Shown here: in pieces, positions 9,740 to 19,183 of the stretch
How the letters are laid out: every line of letters begins with the position of its first letter
Numbering within the stretch: position 1 is the stretch's first letter
Assembly (NCBI GenBank): GCA_964620965.1
Contig: CAZUHV010000003.1
Coordinates: 226,093 to 290,092 of the forward strand
Direction: 5' to 3'
Length of the DNA stretch: 64,000 nucleotides
Source: an uncultured Pseudomonadales bacterium
GTDB lineage: Bacteria > Patescibacteriota > Microgenomatia > UBA1400 > PJMF01
The notes under the pieces: generated by a model
Databases searched by the model: none
What the model was told of the DNA's origin: nothing
The model's input: only the letters and a program-made list of their open reading frames with translations
Position numbers and translations under genes: made by a program

Positions 9740-9766
9740 AAACCCAGTCGAAAGACTGGGTTTTTT
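9740..9766 (+). terminator. Intrinsic terminator of rpsF-ssb-rpsR
   Basis: AAACCCAGTC-GAAA-GACTGGGTTT followed by T-run. Confidence 0.9.
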
Positions 9767-9824
9767 ATATTTTATGATTTCCATGCTTTAAAGTTACAGG
9801 CGATTCAGATAGAATAAACATCTG

Positions 9825-11117
9825 ATGAAAAACCTATTTAAAAAAGAAAATCAAACATTCAAACTCGATATGAGCCACATCAATAAAGTTGCAATGGTTT
9901 TACTGTTCCTCTTTATCGGTGCATTTGCAGAATATAAATTTCAATTTTTAAATAGATACTCCAGAATTAGTTCGACTGCAATTCAAAGTGGAGAAGGTAC
10001 AGAGTTATCAAAGCTCATTAAAAGTTCTAATCCAGATGATAAAAAAGATGTAGATTTTTCAATTTTTTGGGAAGTTTGGAATCTTCTTGAAAGAGATTAT
10101 GTGTATCCAGAGAAACTTGATGCAACAAAAATGGTTGATGGAGCAATTAGTGGTTTAGCATCATCTGTTGAAGATCCATACACAATGTATTTGCCAAAAG
10201 AAGCAAACGAAAGAAGTGCTCAAGATTTAGCTGGTGCTTTCTATGGGGTTGGTATAGAACTTGGATATAATAAAGAGGGTATTTTAACAGCAGTGTCTCC
10301 TTTAGAAGGTACGCCAGCATTCGAAGCTGGTGTTCAGGCGGGCGACATGATTATCAATGTCAAAGATGAAGCAAAAGGTATTGACGAAGATAGTTCTCAG
10401 TGGCCATTAAACAAGGCTGTTGACGCAATTAGGGGGCCAAAAGGTACTCCAGTCATTCTTACCTTATACAGAGAAGGTGTTCAAGCACCATTTGATGTTT
10501 CTATTAATCGTGGTGAGATTGTTGTTAAGTCTGTTACTTTAGAGTTTGTTGAGTATGCTGGTAAAAGAGTTGCACATTTGAAAGTCTCGCGCTTTGGAGA
10601 AAGAACAGACGCAGAATGGAACGATGCTGTAACAGAAATTATTTCTCAAAAAAATTCAATTAATGGAATCATTCTTGATATGAGAAACAATCCAGGTGGC
10701 TTCTTTGATGGAGCAATCAACATTGCAAGTGACTTCGTAGATCAAGGAACAGTTGTGTCTCAAAAAGATAGACTTTTCAAACAAGATTTTGCAGCACGAG
10801 GAAAAGCACGTTTAGCGGGAATTCCTGTTGAAGTGCTGGTGAACAAAGGTTCAGCCTCTGCATCAGAAATTGTTGCGGGTGCACTGCGTGACAGAATTGG
10901 TGCAAAACTAGTTGGTACTAAAACCTTTGGAAAAGGTACTGTTCAAGACAGACGAGAACTTTCTAATGGAGCAGGTATTCATATAACTGTCGCACGTTGG
11001 ATGCTTCCTGGTGGAGATTGGATTCACGAAGAAGGTATTCCAGTTGATGTTGAAATAGAGTCTAATCCAGAGACAGAAGAAGACGTTCAGCTGCATAAAG
11101 CAATTGAGGTTCTTTAG
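9825..11117 (+). CDS. ctpA: S41 carboxy-terminal processing protease
   Basis: N-terminal TM, PDZ domain, DMRNNPGG, SASASEI, TFGKGTVQ. Confidence 0.93.
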   Translation: MKNLFKKENQTFKLDMSHINKVAMVLLFLFIGAFAEYKFQFLNRYSRISSTAIQSGEGTELSKLIKSSNPDDKKDVDFSIFWEVWNLLERDYVYPEKLDATKMVDGAISGLASSVEDPYTMYLPKEANERSAQDLAGAFYGVGIELGYNKEGILTAVSPLEGTPAFEAGVQAGDMIINVKDEAKGIDEDSSQWPLNKAVDAIRGPKGTPVILTLYREGVQAPFDVSINRGEIVVKSVTLEFVEYAGKRVAHLKVSRFGERTDAEWNDAVTEIISQKNSINGIILDMRNNPGGFFDGAINIASDFVDQGTVVSQKDRLFKQDFAARGKARLAGIPVEVLVNKGSASASEIVAGALRDRIGAKLVGTKTFGKGTVQDRRELSNGAGIHITVARWMLPGGDWIHEEGIPVDVEIESNPETEEDVQLHKAIEVL

Positions 11118-11216
11118 TTAGAAATCTCGGCTGTGCTACTTCGTAAGGGTTTTCGAATTAGGTTTGTGGAGTGTTTAACAAAAGATTTTACAAGCAATTC
11201 TGTTTGATTGTTTATT

Positions 11217-12212
11217 TTATTCTTCAGAATCGTCAGAATTTGTTACTGGAGCACTATCAGGGTCAGAATAGAGCGTATCAAGTGCTGGATGAAGCTCAAG
11301 CATCATTTTTTCCATGTATCCATCCATAATATTTGGAAGATCATACCAAGATTGCTTTGATCTGTGATCTGTAATTCTGTTTTGTGGGTAGTTGTATGTT
11401 CTGATTTTTTCTGCGCGTTGTGCACGGCCAATTGCGCTTCTAGCTTTACCAAGTTCTTTTTCTTTCTTTTCTTCTTCAATTTCCCAAAGTTGTGCACGGA
11501 GTAATTCCATCGCAATTTTACGATTTTGTTCTTGCTTTTTTTCTTGTCTAGAAACAATGGTTATTCCTGTTGGTTTATGAATTAAGCGAGCAGCACTGCT
11601 TGTTTTGTTCACAGATTGTCCACCAGCCCCGCTAGCGCGCATGAATTGCCACTCTAAGTCTTCTTCTTTAATCTCAATTTCTTTTGAGTGAATTTCTGGA
11701 AGAACTGCAACAGATGCTGTTGAGGTATGAATTCTTCCTTGAGCTTCTGTTTCTGGGACACGTTGCACTCTGTGAACACCAGATTCATATTTTAAAAGTT
11801 CATACGCAGAAATATAACTCTTACCGTCTTTGTGGATTTCTGGAAGAGTAGTGGTTTTTCCACTAATTTTAACTACCATGTCATCGATAGCAGTTATTTT
11901 GAGTTTATGCATTTCTGCAAAGCGAACATACATTCTTAAAAGGTCATTTCCCCAGATTTTTGCTTCGTCCCCACCAGCACCTGAGCGAATTTCTATAGTA
12001 CAGTTAACTCTTTCTTCGTTTGCGTCTGATGAATCTCCTTCAAGGCCTTGTTCGTATTGCAAAGCAGCTTCTAGTAAAGCGTTTTTTTGTTGGTTAAGTG
12101 ATTCAAGCTCAAGTTGTGCAAGCTCGGCGAAATCAGGATCGGAAATTAAAGCCTCAGTTTCTGCGATCTTGGCTTCTAGTTCATCGATTTGAGTTTGGTA
12201 TGGATTAAACAT
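11217..12212 (-). CDS. prfA: Peptide chain release factor 1
   Basis: GAGGDEA, GVHRVQRVPETE (PxT), GAGGQ, EKIRTYNYPQNR. Confidence 0.96.
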   Translation of the reverse strand: MFNPYQTQIDELEAKIAETEALISDPDFAELAQLELESLNQQKNALLEAALQYEQGLEGDSSDANEERVNCTIEIRSGAGGDEAKIWGNDLLRMYVRFAEMHKLKITAIDDMVVKISGKTTTLPEIHKDGKSYISAYELLKYESGVHRVQRVPETEAQGRIHTSTASVAVLPEIHSKEIEIKEEDLEWQFMRASGAGGQSVNKTSSAARLIHKPTGITIVSRQEKKQEQNRKIAMELLRAQLWEIEEEKKEKELGKARSAIGRAQRAEKIRTYNYPQNRITDHRSKQSWYDLPNIMDGYMEKMMLELHPALDTLYSDPDSAPVTNSDDSEE

Positions 12213-12288
12213 GATTTCTTCTTACTTATAGAGTACCACAATAGCCCTTGAATTTCTCAAGGGTAGGTGAGTTCTTGCTATTGGGATG

Positions 12289-12636
12289 TTATGCAGCTTG
12301 TTCTGCTTTTGTAGCTTTTTCAGCTTTTTTTACCGCAGTTTGCTGTTCACGTAAGATGTCTTGATAAGATTTAGAATCTTCATCTGAGGCATCTGACTTA
12401 GCTTTTTTGCTTTTTTTGTTAGCTTGAATAGCTTGCGCAGCTTGCATTTTTTTCAAGAATTTATCAACACGACCTTGTCTGTCAACAAATTTCATTTCTC
12501 CAGTAAAGAATGGGTGACATTTGTTACAGATATCAACTGTTAAGGTGTCGTTAACTGAACCAACAGTAAATACGTTGCCACAGCTACAGGTGACTTGTGC
12601 TTTATTGTTATAATTTGGGTGTATTCCGTTTTTCAT
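12289..12636 (-). CDS. rpmE: 50S ribosomal protein L31 (Zn type) with C-terminal extension
   Basis: [29 protein letters not shown]. Confidence 0.96.
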   Translation of the reverse strand: MKNGIHPNYNNKAQVTCSCGNVFTVGSVNDTLTVDICNKCHPFFTGEMKFVDRQGRVDKFLKKMQAAQAIQANKKSKKAKSDASDEDSKSYQDILREQQTAVKKAEKATKAEQAA

Positions 12637-12882
12637 AATTTTTGTCCTGTTATTTTCGTAATGATCGCACTTTACAAATCAATGCGTACAAGAGTGCTAT
12701 TGTATCACAATTTATGATGTAGTGTAGAGGTAATTTAGTTTTTACTTACTGATTTTAAGCTAATTATTTTGACGAATATTTAAAGAATACGTAAAAAACT
12801 TGCTTTTTGGGTATAGTTAGTGCGATACTAATAAAAATACACAACAGAAAGGATTCCTCTTTATGATGTAAAACAATAATTG

Positions 12883-13240
12883 AGCGTGTGGCCCTACTAT
12901 TTTGTTTGCACTTATTGTAAATAAGATTGAGGGAGACGAGGAAGAAGGATGTTTGCCTAAAAAACAAACGGTCGAACCAAAATTATTCCTGCATAATTGC
13001 CGAATTATTTCCGCATAATCTGGAAATAAGTTCAAAAGAAGTAACACAATCATGCAAAGAATAGTTTTGAGTATCTACGGAGACCTTCTGGGCACCTGAT
13101 TGTCCAATTAACAGATGTATGAAACCTAAACAGTAATGTTTAGCTTGTAAAGCAAGAAAAGTACAGACTGAGTTCAGTTTTCAAATGAAGTATATATGTG
13201 TGCTGATCCATTTTTTGATGGTTTGTTTTTGCAGGGCAAG
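12883..13240 (+). ncRNA. glmS ribozyme/riboswitch, enlarged variant
   Basis: AGCG cleavage motif 12883, P1, GACGAGG 12935-12941, TCGA 12972, ATCTACGG 13073-13080, P2 AGAAGG/CCTTCT, P3, P3.1 TTGTCC/GGGCAA, GNRA-capped hairpin; directly upstream of glmS. Confidence 0.85.
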
Positions 13241-13284
13241 CAAGCTGTTAGAAAATGGAACGAAGCAAAAAAGAAAGAAAAAAT

Positions 13285-15084
13285 ATGTGTGGAATATATA
13301 TGACTTCCCAAAGTGGAAGTGAAAAAGCTGGAACTAAAGTTTTTGAAGGTTTAAAAAGAATTGAATATAGAGGATATGACTCATGGGGTGTGGTAGTTTT
13401 AAATGCTTCTGGATTTCATTTAGAAAAAAGAGTTGGAAAATTAAGTTCAGTTGCAACTATGAAGTTTAAGGCGGGAGGTTTTGCTTTAGGGCACACCAGA
13501 TGGGCAACTCACGGTGGAGTAACTGAGGTGAATGCTCACCCTCATTTAGCAAAAAATGGCTCATTTGCTTTAGCTCAAAATGGAGTAGTAGAAAATTACC
13601 AAGAGTTAGCAGAAAAGTTGCTTGATGCAGGGTATATATTTGATTCTCAAACAGATACAGAAGTAATTGTAGGAATTATTGAAACAGAGCTTGCTCGCAA
13701 GAAAAAAGATGAGCCAGATCTAGAAACTGTTAAAGACTCTTTTTTGAAACTTGATGGACGAAACACAATTGCTCTAATTACAAAGTCGGGAAATCTTTTT
13801 GCAGTAAGGAATGGCTCTCCACTTGTGGTTGGAAAAGATTCAAAGACTGGAGCGATTTATTTTTCTTCTGATGTGGTATCCATGAGTGGTGATGCTGATG
13901 AATACATGATTATTCAGTCAGGGCAAATAGTTTCGTATGTTGATACGAAACTTACGGTTTTTGATTTAAAAACTCTAAAGAAAATTCCACTTAAATTTAC
14001 AGAAATGAGTTTAGCAAGACTGGTGATTGATAAAGAAGGCTATGACTCGTTTATGCTTAAGGAAATTCATGAGCAGAGTAGGGTTTTAAACAGAGTTATT
14101 GCAGGTAAAGAAAAGGAATTTAAAAAAGCAGTGAGCCTTGTTAAAAAAGCTCAGCATGTTTTTACACTAGGGGCCGGAACTGCAAGTTTTGCTGCTGGTC
14201 ATACTGCATATTTACTCAGGAAGATTGGGATTTCTGCTTCTGCAATTGCTTCGTATGAAGCTGATTCGTATAAAAAACTATTTTCCAAAGAATGTGTTTG
14301 TATCGTCTATAGCCAGAGTGGTGAAACTGCAGATACAAATGAAGTTGTAGAGTGGATGAAACAGCAGAGAGTAAAAATTATCAGTGCTGTAAACATGCCG
14401 GGAAGTACACTAACACAACTTTCTGATGCCCCATTTATGCTTGATGTTGGACCAGAACTTGCAGTGGCTTCAACAAAAGCATTTTTTGGACAGATGCTCT
14501 GGGGGATGACTTTATGTGAGTTATTATCTAGGGGAAAATTTAAAGATATAGAGGAACATATATCTTTATTCGAACAAGAAATAAATAAGTGGTTTGCAGA
14601 CATAGAAGTACAAGAAAAAATCCGAAAGCTAGCAAAAAGCTTAGCTCATAAACAGCATTTATTTGTACTAGGAAGGGGAGATTTATATAGTTCTAGTTTG
14701 GAAAGTGCACTCAAACTAAAGGAAATTTCTTACATTCACGCGGAAGGTTTTTCTGGTGGTGAGTTAAAACATGGGGTGATTGCTCTGATAGAACCTGGAA
14801 CACCAGTGCTATGTTTAGTTGCTGAAGACGAAAACAAGGCAAATATGTTAAGCGCTATAGCAGAAGTTAACGCAAGAGGTGGGTATACCATTGTAGTTGC
14901 AAGCAATGACAATGAACTCTACAAAGAGTGGATTGAAGTCCCAGAGATTAGTTTGGGAACAGTGAATCTACTAACTTTAATGTCTATTATTCCTTCACAA
15001 TTGCTTACTTGTTATATGGCTATGGAAAAAAAGTATGATGTGGATAAACCAAGAAACTTAGCAAAGAGCGTTACTGTTAAATAA
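13285..15084 (+). CDS. glmS: Glutamine--fructose-6-phosphate transaminase
   Basis: MCGI start, EYRGYDS, GHTRWATHG, SQSGETAD, VASTKAF, ELKHG, PRNLAKSVTV. Confidence 0.98.
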   Translation: MCGIYMTSQSGSEKAGTKVFEGLKRIEYRGYDSWGVVVLNASGFHLEKRVGKLSSVATMKFKAGGFALGHTRWATHGGVTEVNAHPHLAKNGSFALAQNGVVENYQELAEKLLDAGYIFDSQTDTEVIVGIIETELARKKKDEPDLETVKDSFLKLDGRNTIALITKSGNLFAVRNGSPLVVGKDSKTGAIYFSSDVVSMSGDADEYMIIQSGQIVSYVDTKLTVFDLKTLKKIPLKFTEMSLARLVIDKEGYDSFMLKEIHEQSRVLNRVIAGKEKEFKKAVSLVKKAQHVFTLGAGTASFAAGHTAYLLRKIGISASAIASYEADSYKKLFSKECVCIVYSQSGETADTNEVVEWMKQQRVKIISAVNMPGSTLTQLSDAPFMLDVGPELAVASTKAFFGQMLWGMTLCELLSRGKFKDIEEHISLFEQEINKWFADIEVQEKIRKLAKSLAHKQHLFVLGRGDLYSSSLESALKLKEISYIHAEGFSGGELKHGVIALIEPGTPVLCLVAEDENKANMLSAIAEVNARGGYTIVVASNDNELYKEWIEVPEISLGTVNLLTLMSIIPSQLLTCYMAMEKKYDVDKPRNLAKSVTVK

Positions 15085-15086
15085 AG

Positions 15087-16055
15087 TCATTTTCTTTTTT
15101 TTGAAACTCTTTTTTCAGCTATATACACACCTAAAAATATGAGGATCATGGAAATTATTTGTAGTGGATGAACAGTCTCTTTCAAGAAGAATATTCCTGC
15201 AGGAACAAAAACGAGTGGCTGTAAGTACCAAAAGAGACTTGCTTCTGATGCTTCAATGCCTTCTTGACCTTTAATGTAGGCAGTTAACCCAATAATTGAA
15301 CCAAAAATTGCCATATAAATTGCTGCAATTACTACTGATTGGTGAGAAAGATCATTCTGAACTGTTTGCAAAAATTGTTGAGGAAGTTGGGTGAGATTCA
15401 TATCAATTTTGGTAGTAAATAACTCATAGAGGCTGAGGCTAAGAAAGGTCAATATACCAAGATAAAAACTTAAACTGGTTATAAATAATTTTGGGATATT
15501 TTTGTAGTATTTTTTTGCGAGAACCATTGCAACTGCAGTAGCAATATTTTGCATGATGATGAGAATATTGCCTTCTAGTGAGAGCCCTTTTGGAGTCATC
15601 CCATTTAGAATTACTGGTATAAACGTGAGAAGTGTTGTACCTAAAAATGCAATGAGTAAACCAATAACTTCATGTTTTTCTTCTTTTTCTTTAAGATAGA
15701 AAATACCAGCTAATACAACAAAAATTGGGGTAGTCGTAGTCAGAAAGCTTGCTTCTATAGCTGATGTTTTTGCAAGGCCTACATAGAGCAAACTTAATGC
15801 AATCACAGTTCCAAAAAATTCTACAAAAGCAACTCTTCTGATAACTTTTAGTTTGTTTTTAATTTTTTTCCAGTAGTAAATAAGGATTGGTAACGAGCAA
15901 ATTGCAGCGATAATATAGCGATAGAGTAGATATCTAAATGGAGTTGTAATTTCTAAGCTTGGTTTAACGATTATGAGCGCCAATCCCCAAGTTATTGTAT
16001 TGATAAGTAAAAAAAAGTAGGATTGATATCTAATCTTTAGGGCAGTTTTTATCAC
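15087..16055 (-). CDS. EamA/DMT-family transporter
   Basis: About 10 TM helices in two repeats; WG motif, LKE motifs. Confidence 0.88.
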   Translation of the reverse strand: MIKTALKIRYQSYFFLLINTITWGLALIIVKPSLEITTPFRYLLYRYIIAAICSLPILIYYWKKIKNKLKVIRRVAFVEFFGTVIALSLLYVGLAKTSAIEASFLTTTTPIFVVLAGIFYLKEKEEKHEVIGLLIAFLGTTLLTFIPVILNGMTPKGLSLEGNILIIMQNIATAVAMVLAKKYYKNIPKLFITSLSFYLGILTFLSLSLYELFTTKIDMNLTQLPQQFLQTVQNDLSHQSVVIAAIYMAIFGSIIGLTAYIKGQEGIEASEASLFWYLQPLVFVPAGIFFLKETVHPLQIISMILIFLGVYIAEKRVSKKRK

Positions 16056-16128
16056 ACTATTTAGAGTATCACAAAAGCATTTAGTCTAGAATTATTAGTT
16101 ATTTATTTTTCAATGTATAATTGCAAAC

Positions 16129-16968
16129 ATGACAATTTCGCTTATAAAAAAAGCATGTGAGAGTTTGGGAATTTCATTCGAAGTTCTAGATACTGGTGGA
16201 GTTTTTATTAAAGCAAACTTTAAAGATGATAGATTTCACTACTTTATTGCTAATAATTTTGGATTAAATGATGAATGTATAGAAAAAATTTGTTTAGACA
16301 AAACTTATTTGCATGACTCACTTGGCAAATATATTCAAATGCCTAACTCTGTTTCTTATGTAGATTCTGACCCACCAGAGTTATACGTGACGCACTCCAG
16401 TTTTCAATCTCACCAAGAAATTGCTCAGGATATTTCAAAAAAAATGAGTTTTCCTGTTATCTTGAAACCAAATAGTAAGTCAATGGGTATGAATGTTTTC
16501 TTGTGTGAGAATGCAGAACAGTTGCAAAAAGCGGTCGAAACTATTTTTAACAAAAATTCATTTAAATACGATCACGTTTTATTAGCACAAGAAAAAATCA
16601 ATATAAAGAAAGAGTACAGAGTTGTGGTTTATAAAGGTGAAATCCAGTTTGCATATCAAAAAGATAATACAGAACATGATGCAAAATTTATTGGAAATGT
16701 GAGCCCGTTACATTTCGAAAACGCAAAAGCAGTTCTTATTTCTAATGAACTATTCTTAAAAAAAGTAGAACAGTTTATTCAGCCAATTTTTGAACAAATG
16801 CAGTTAATTTATGGCGGCTTAGATATTGCAGAAGATGCCTCTGGACAATTGTACTTGATTGAAATAAACTCTAAACCTGGTTATAGCTACTTTGTGAGGG
16901 ACAACGGTGAGGACAGAGTAGTTGAACTATTTAAGAAAATTTTAAAGGACTTAGCTGCCCAATCATAG
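16129..16968 (+). CDS. ATP-grasp ligase (RimK-like)
   Basis: FPVILKP..S.G, QEKI..EYRV, GGLDI, IEINSKPG. Confidence 0.85.
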   Translation: MTISLIKKACESLGISFEVLDTGGVFIKANFKDDRFHYFIANNFGLNDECIEKICLDKTYLHDSLGKYIQMPNSVSYVDSDPPELYVTHSSFQSHQEIAQDISKKMSFPVILKPNSKSMGMNVFLCENAEQLQKAVETIFNKNSFKYDHVLLAQEKINIKKEYRVVVYKGEIQFAYQKDNTEHDAKFIGNVSPLHFENAKAVLISNELFLKKVEQFIQPIFEQMQLIYGGLDIAEDASGQLYLIEINSKPGYSYFVRDNGEDRVVELFKKILKDLAAQS

Positions 16969-16971
16969 CTA

Positions 16972-17721
16972 ATGAGACGAAAGAAAGCAGAGCTTCCATT
17001 GCGCCACTGGCTCGAAGAAAAAAATATCAGTGGGATTCTTTTTGATTTAGACGATACCCTTATTAAAACAACAGAAATTTTCAAATCAGCGGTACAAAAA
17101 GTTATCGCTTTGTATGCACAGGCTTTACCACATTTAGATTCAACAACTGTTGCAGAAACATTTTCAAGAATCGACATGAAAAACCATTTGATTTATGCAG
17201 TTAATCCAAATCGATGGGAACCAATTCTTTCTGATTTTGAGGCAGAAGTTAAATTACAAAGATCAAAAGTCACTGAGGCCTTGAAAATTCTGGCAAAGAT
17301 TTATACACAACATCCTGAATATGAGGCAGGAGTACAAGAAGTCCTACAAATTTTAAAAAAGTGGGGTTTACTCATGGGTTTGGTAACACATGCGAATGTA
17401 GAGTGGACAGCGTTTAAGTTAGCAAGTTTAGGTCTGGATTCTTTTTTTGACCATGTTGAGATCGTTGATGAAAATCAGATTCATAAAGCAAGTACTGATT
17501 GGCAGGCTGCAGCACAACAAATACAAGTTGCCCCAGCAAACTTATTTGCAATTGGAGACAATGTAAAAGGAGATGTCCAAGCTGCATATGAGGCAGGAAT
17601 TGGTACAGTAGGTTGGGTTGACAAAAAGCATGGTTGGCAACTGTACAGACAAGGAGAACTACCCTCTGGAATTGTGGTTGTAGAAAATATTGGCCAAATA
17701 CTTAAGCTGGGTGAGGCTTAA
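16972..17721 (+). CDS. HAD-family hydrolase
   Basis: FDLDDTL motif I, IGDN..GDV motif IV. Confidence 0.9.
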   Translation: MRRKKAELPLRHWLEEKNISGILFDLDDTLIKTTEIFKSAVQKVIALYAQALPHLDSTTVAETFSRIDMKNHLIYAVNPNRWEPILSDFEAEVKLQRSKVTEALKILAKIYTQHPEYEAGVQEVLQILKKWGLLMGLVTHANVEWTAFKLASLGLDSFFDHVEIVDENQIHKASTDWQAAAQQIQVAPANLFAIGDNVKGDVQAAYEAGIGTVGWVDKKHGWQLYRQGELPSGIVVVENIGQILKLGEA

Positions 17722-18962
17722 GCTTTTTGAATTTCGGTAATTGCTGATTTTAGATCTAACAGTTTTTGTTCTCCAGAAATCATGTTTTTAAGTTGAACTT
17801 TATTTTCTGCAGCTTCTGAATCTCCGACAACGATAACAAATGGGATACCTTTTTGGTTTGCCAGTTTAAACTGTTTCCCAATTTTATCTGGAATAGGGTA
17901 CACCTCTGTTTTGATTTTATTTTCTCTTAATTCTTTTGCAATTTGCAAAGAAGTATTTGTTAGTGTTTCATCAAAAATTGTCACCAAAACTTGGCTTGAA
18001 GTTGTTGCAGATTCTGGAACTAGACCAAGCTCTATGACAGCTTCTACTGTTCTATCAAAGCCAATTGCAAAACCGTTAGCTGCGATATCACGACCACAAA
18101 GTTCTCCAATTAGTTTGTCATATCTACCTCCACCACCAACAGAGCCACCAGAATATTCTGGAATCTTACCTTCAAAAATAATTCCGGTATAGTAATCAAG
18201 TCCACGAGCTAGAGTGGGGGTAAAAACTAAAGCTTCTGGTTCAACACCTAACTCAATTGCTTGTTGTACTGTTTGTGCAAGTGATTTGGACATTTGTGCA
18301 TTCGTAATTTCTTTTAATACTTCTTGGGCATCGGCTTCATAGAGTCCTTTAGCCACGAGTTCTTTAACAACAGCAGCTTCTGTGAGTTTGTCCAACTTAT
18401 CAATACTTTGGATAATAGAAAATTCGTTTACCTCATCTGTAGCAAATGGGGTAATGGTGTTCATCAAAGTAGTTCGGTCATTTATGTACAGCTTAATAGA
18501 AGTCAGCCCAAGTTTTTGGTAGACAGAATAGTAGACAGCTAAAAGTTCAGCATCTACAACCGTACTGGTACTTTCAAATATGTCGCAGTCACACTGAGTA
18601 AACTCTCTAAATCGACCTTTTTGAGGTTTGTCTGCACGAAAGACACTTTGTATTTGATATCTTCTAAAATACTTAGGTAGTTCATTTTGATATTGTGAGA
18701 GTACGCGACTTGTTGGCACTGTTTGGTCATATCTCAACGCAATCTTTCTGCCACCTTGGTCTTCAAATGAGTAAACTAATTTATCTGCTTCATCACCATA
18801 TTTTCCCATAAGTAAGCTTGCATATTCTAGAGTTGGAGTTTGAATTGGTTCGAATCCAAAAAGCTCGAATGTTTCTTTGATCGTTTCTTCAACAAAATTT
18901 CTAACACGCTTATCTTTTGGTAGAAAATCGCGAAATCCTTTTAATGTTTGTACTGTTTGCAT
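17718..18962 (-). CDS. hisS: Histidine--tRNA ligase
   Basis: LRYDQTVP, FRADKPQKGRFREFTQ, ARGLDYYTG, GGGRYD. Confidence 0.98.
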   Translation of the reverse strand: MQTVQTLKGFRDFLPKDKRVRNFVEETIKETFELFGFEPIQTPTLEYASLLMGKYGDEADKLVYSFEDQGGRKIALRYDQTVPTSRVLSQYQNELPKYFRRYQIQSVFRADKPQKGRFREFTQCDCDIFESTSTVVDAELLAVYYSVYQKLGLTSIKLYINDRTTLMNTITPFATDEVNEFSIIQSIDKLDKLTEAAVVKELVAKGLYEADAQEVLKEITNAQMSKSLAQTVQQAIELGVEPEALVFTPTLARGLDYYTGIIFEGKIPEYSGGSVGGGGRYDKLIGELCGRDIAANGFAIGFDRTVEAVIELGLVPESATTSSQVLVTIFDETLTNTSLQIAKELRENKIKTEVYPIPDKIGKQFKLANQKGIPFVIVVGDSEAAENKVQLKNMISGEQKLLDLKSAITEIQKA

Positions 18963-19067
18963 AATAATTCCTTTTTTTTAATTGTAACATTTATAAGAGG
19001 TGGGGAGTATGTGTTTTGCATCTTTCATACCTACGACTTTTTTTACAAAAAAGATCGGGTCTGAAAT

Positions 19068-19124
19068 AAAAAAACCCCCATTTTTGGGAGTTTGATACGC
19101 TTTTAGCCACTAAAATCAACTCCC
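19068..19124 (-). promoter_or_regulatory. Attenuator (antiterminator/terminator) of hisS
   Basis: Minus strand: terminator AAACTCCCA-AAAA-TGGGGGTTT plus T-run; competing GGGAGTTGAT (from the stop codon)/ATCAAACTCCC. Confidence 0.8.
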
Positions 19125-19174
19125 TAAATATGAGAGTGATGATGAAGTGCTTGTAAGCTTATTTTTTTTAACAT
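19124..19174 (-). CDS. His-rich leader peptide (MLKKISLQALHHHSHI, 16 aa) upstream of hisS
   Basis: CAT CAT CAC TCT CAT codons then TAG; TGTTATAAT extended -10 ends 8 nt before the ATG. Confidence 0.88.
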   Translation of the reverse strand: MLKKISLQALHHHSHI

Positions 19175-19183
19175 TGTGGTTGA

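Noticed and set aside
12764-13053. Minus-strand ORFs of 67 and 78 aa
   Set aside because: Antisense to the glmS ribozyme; no protein features.
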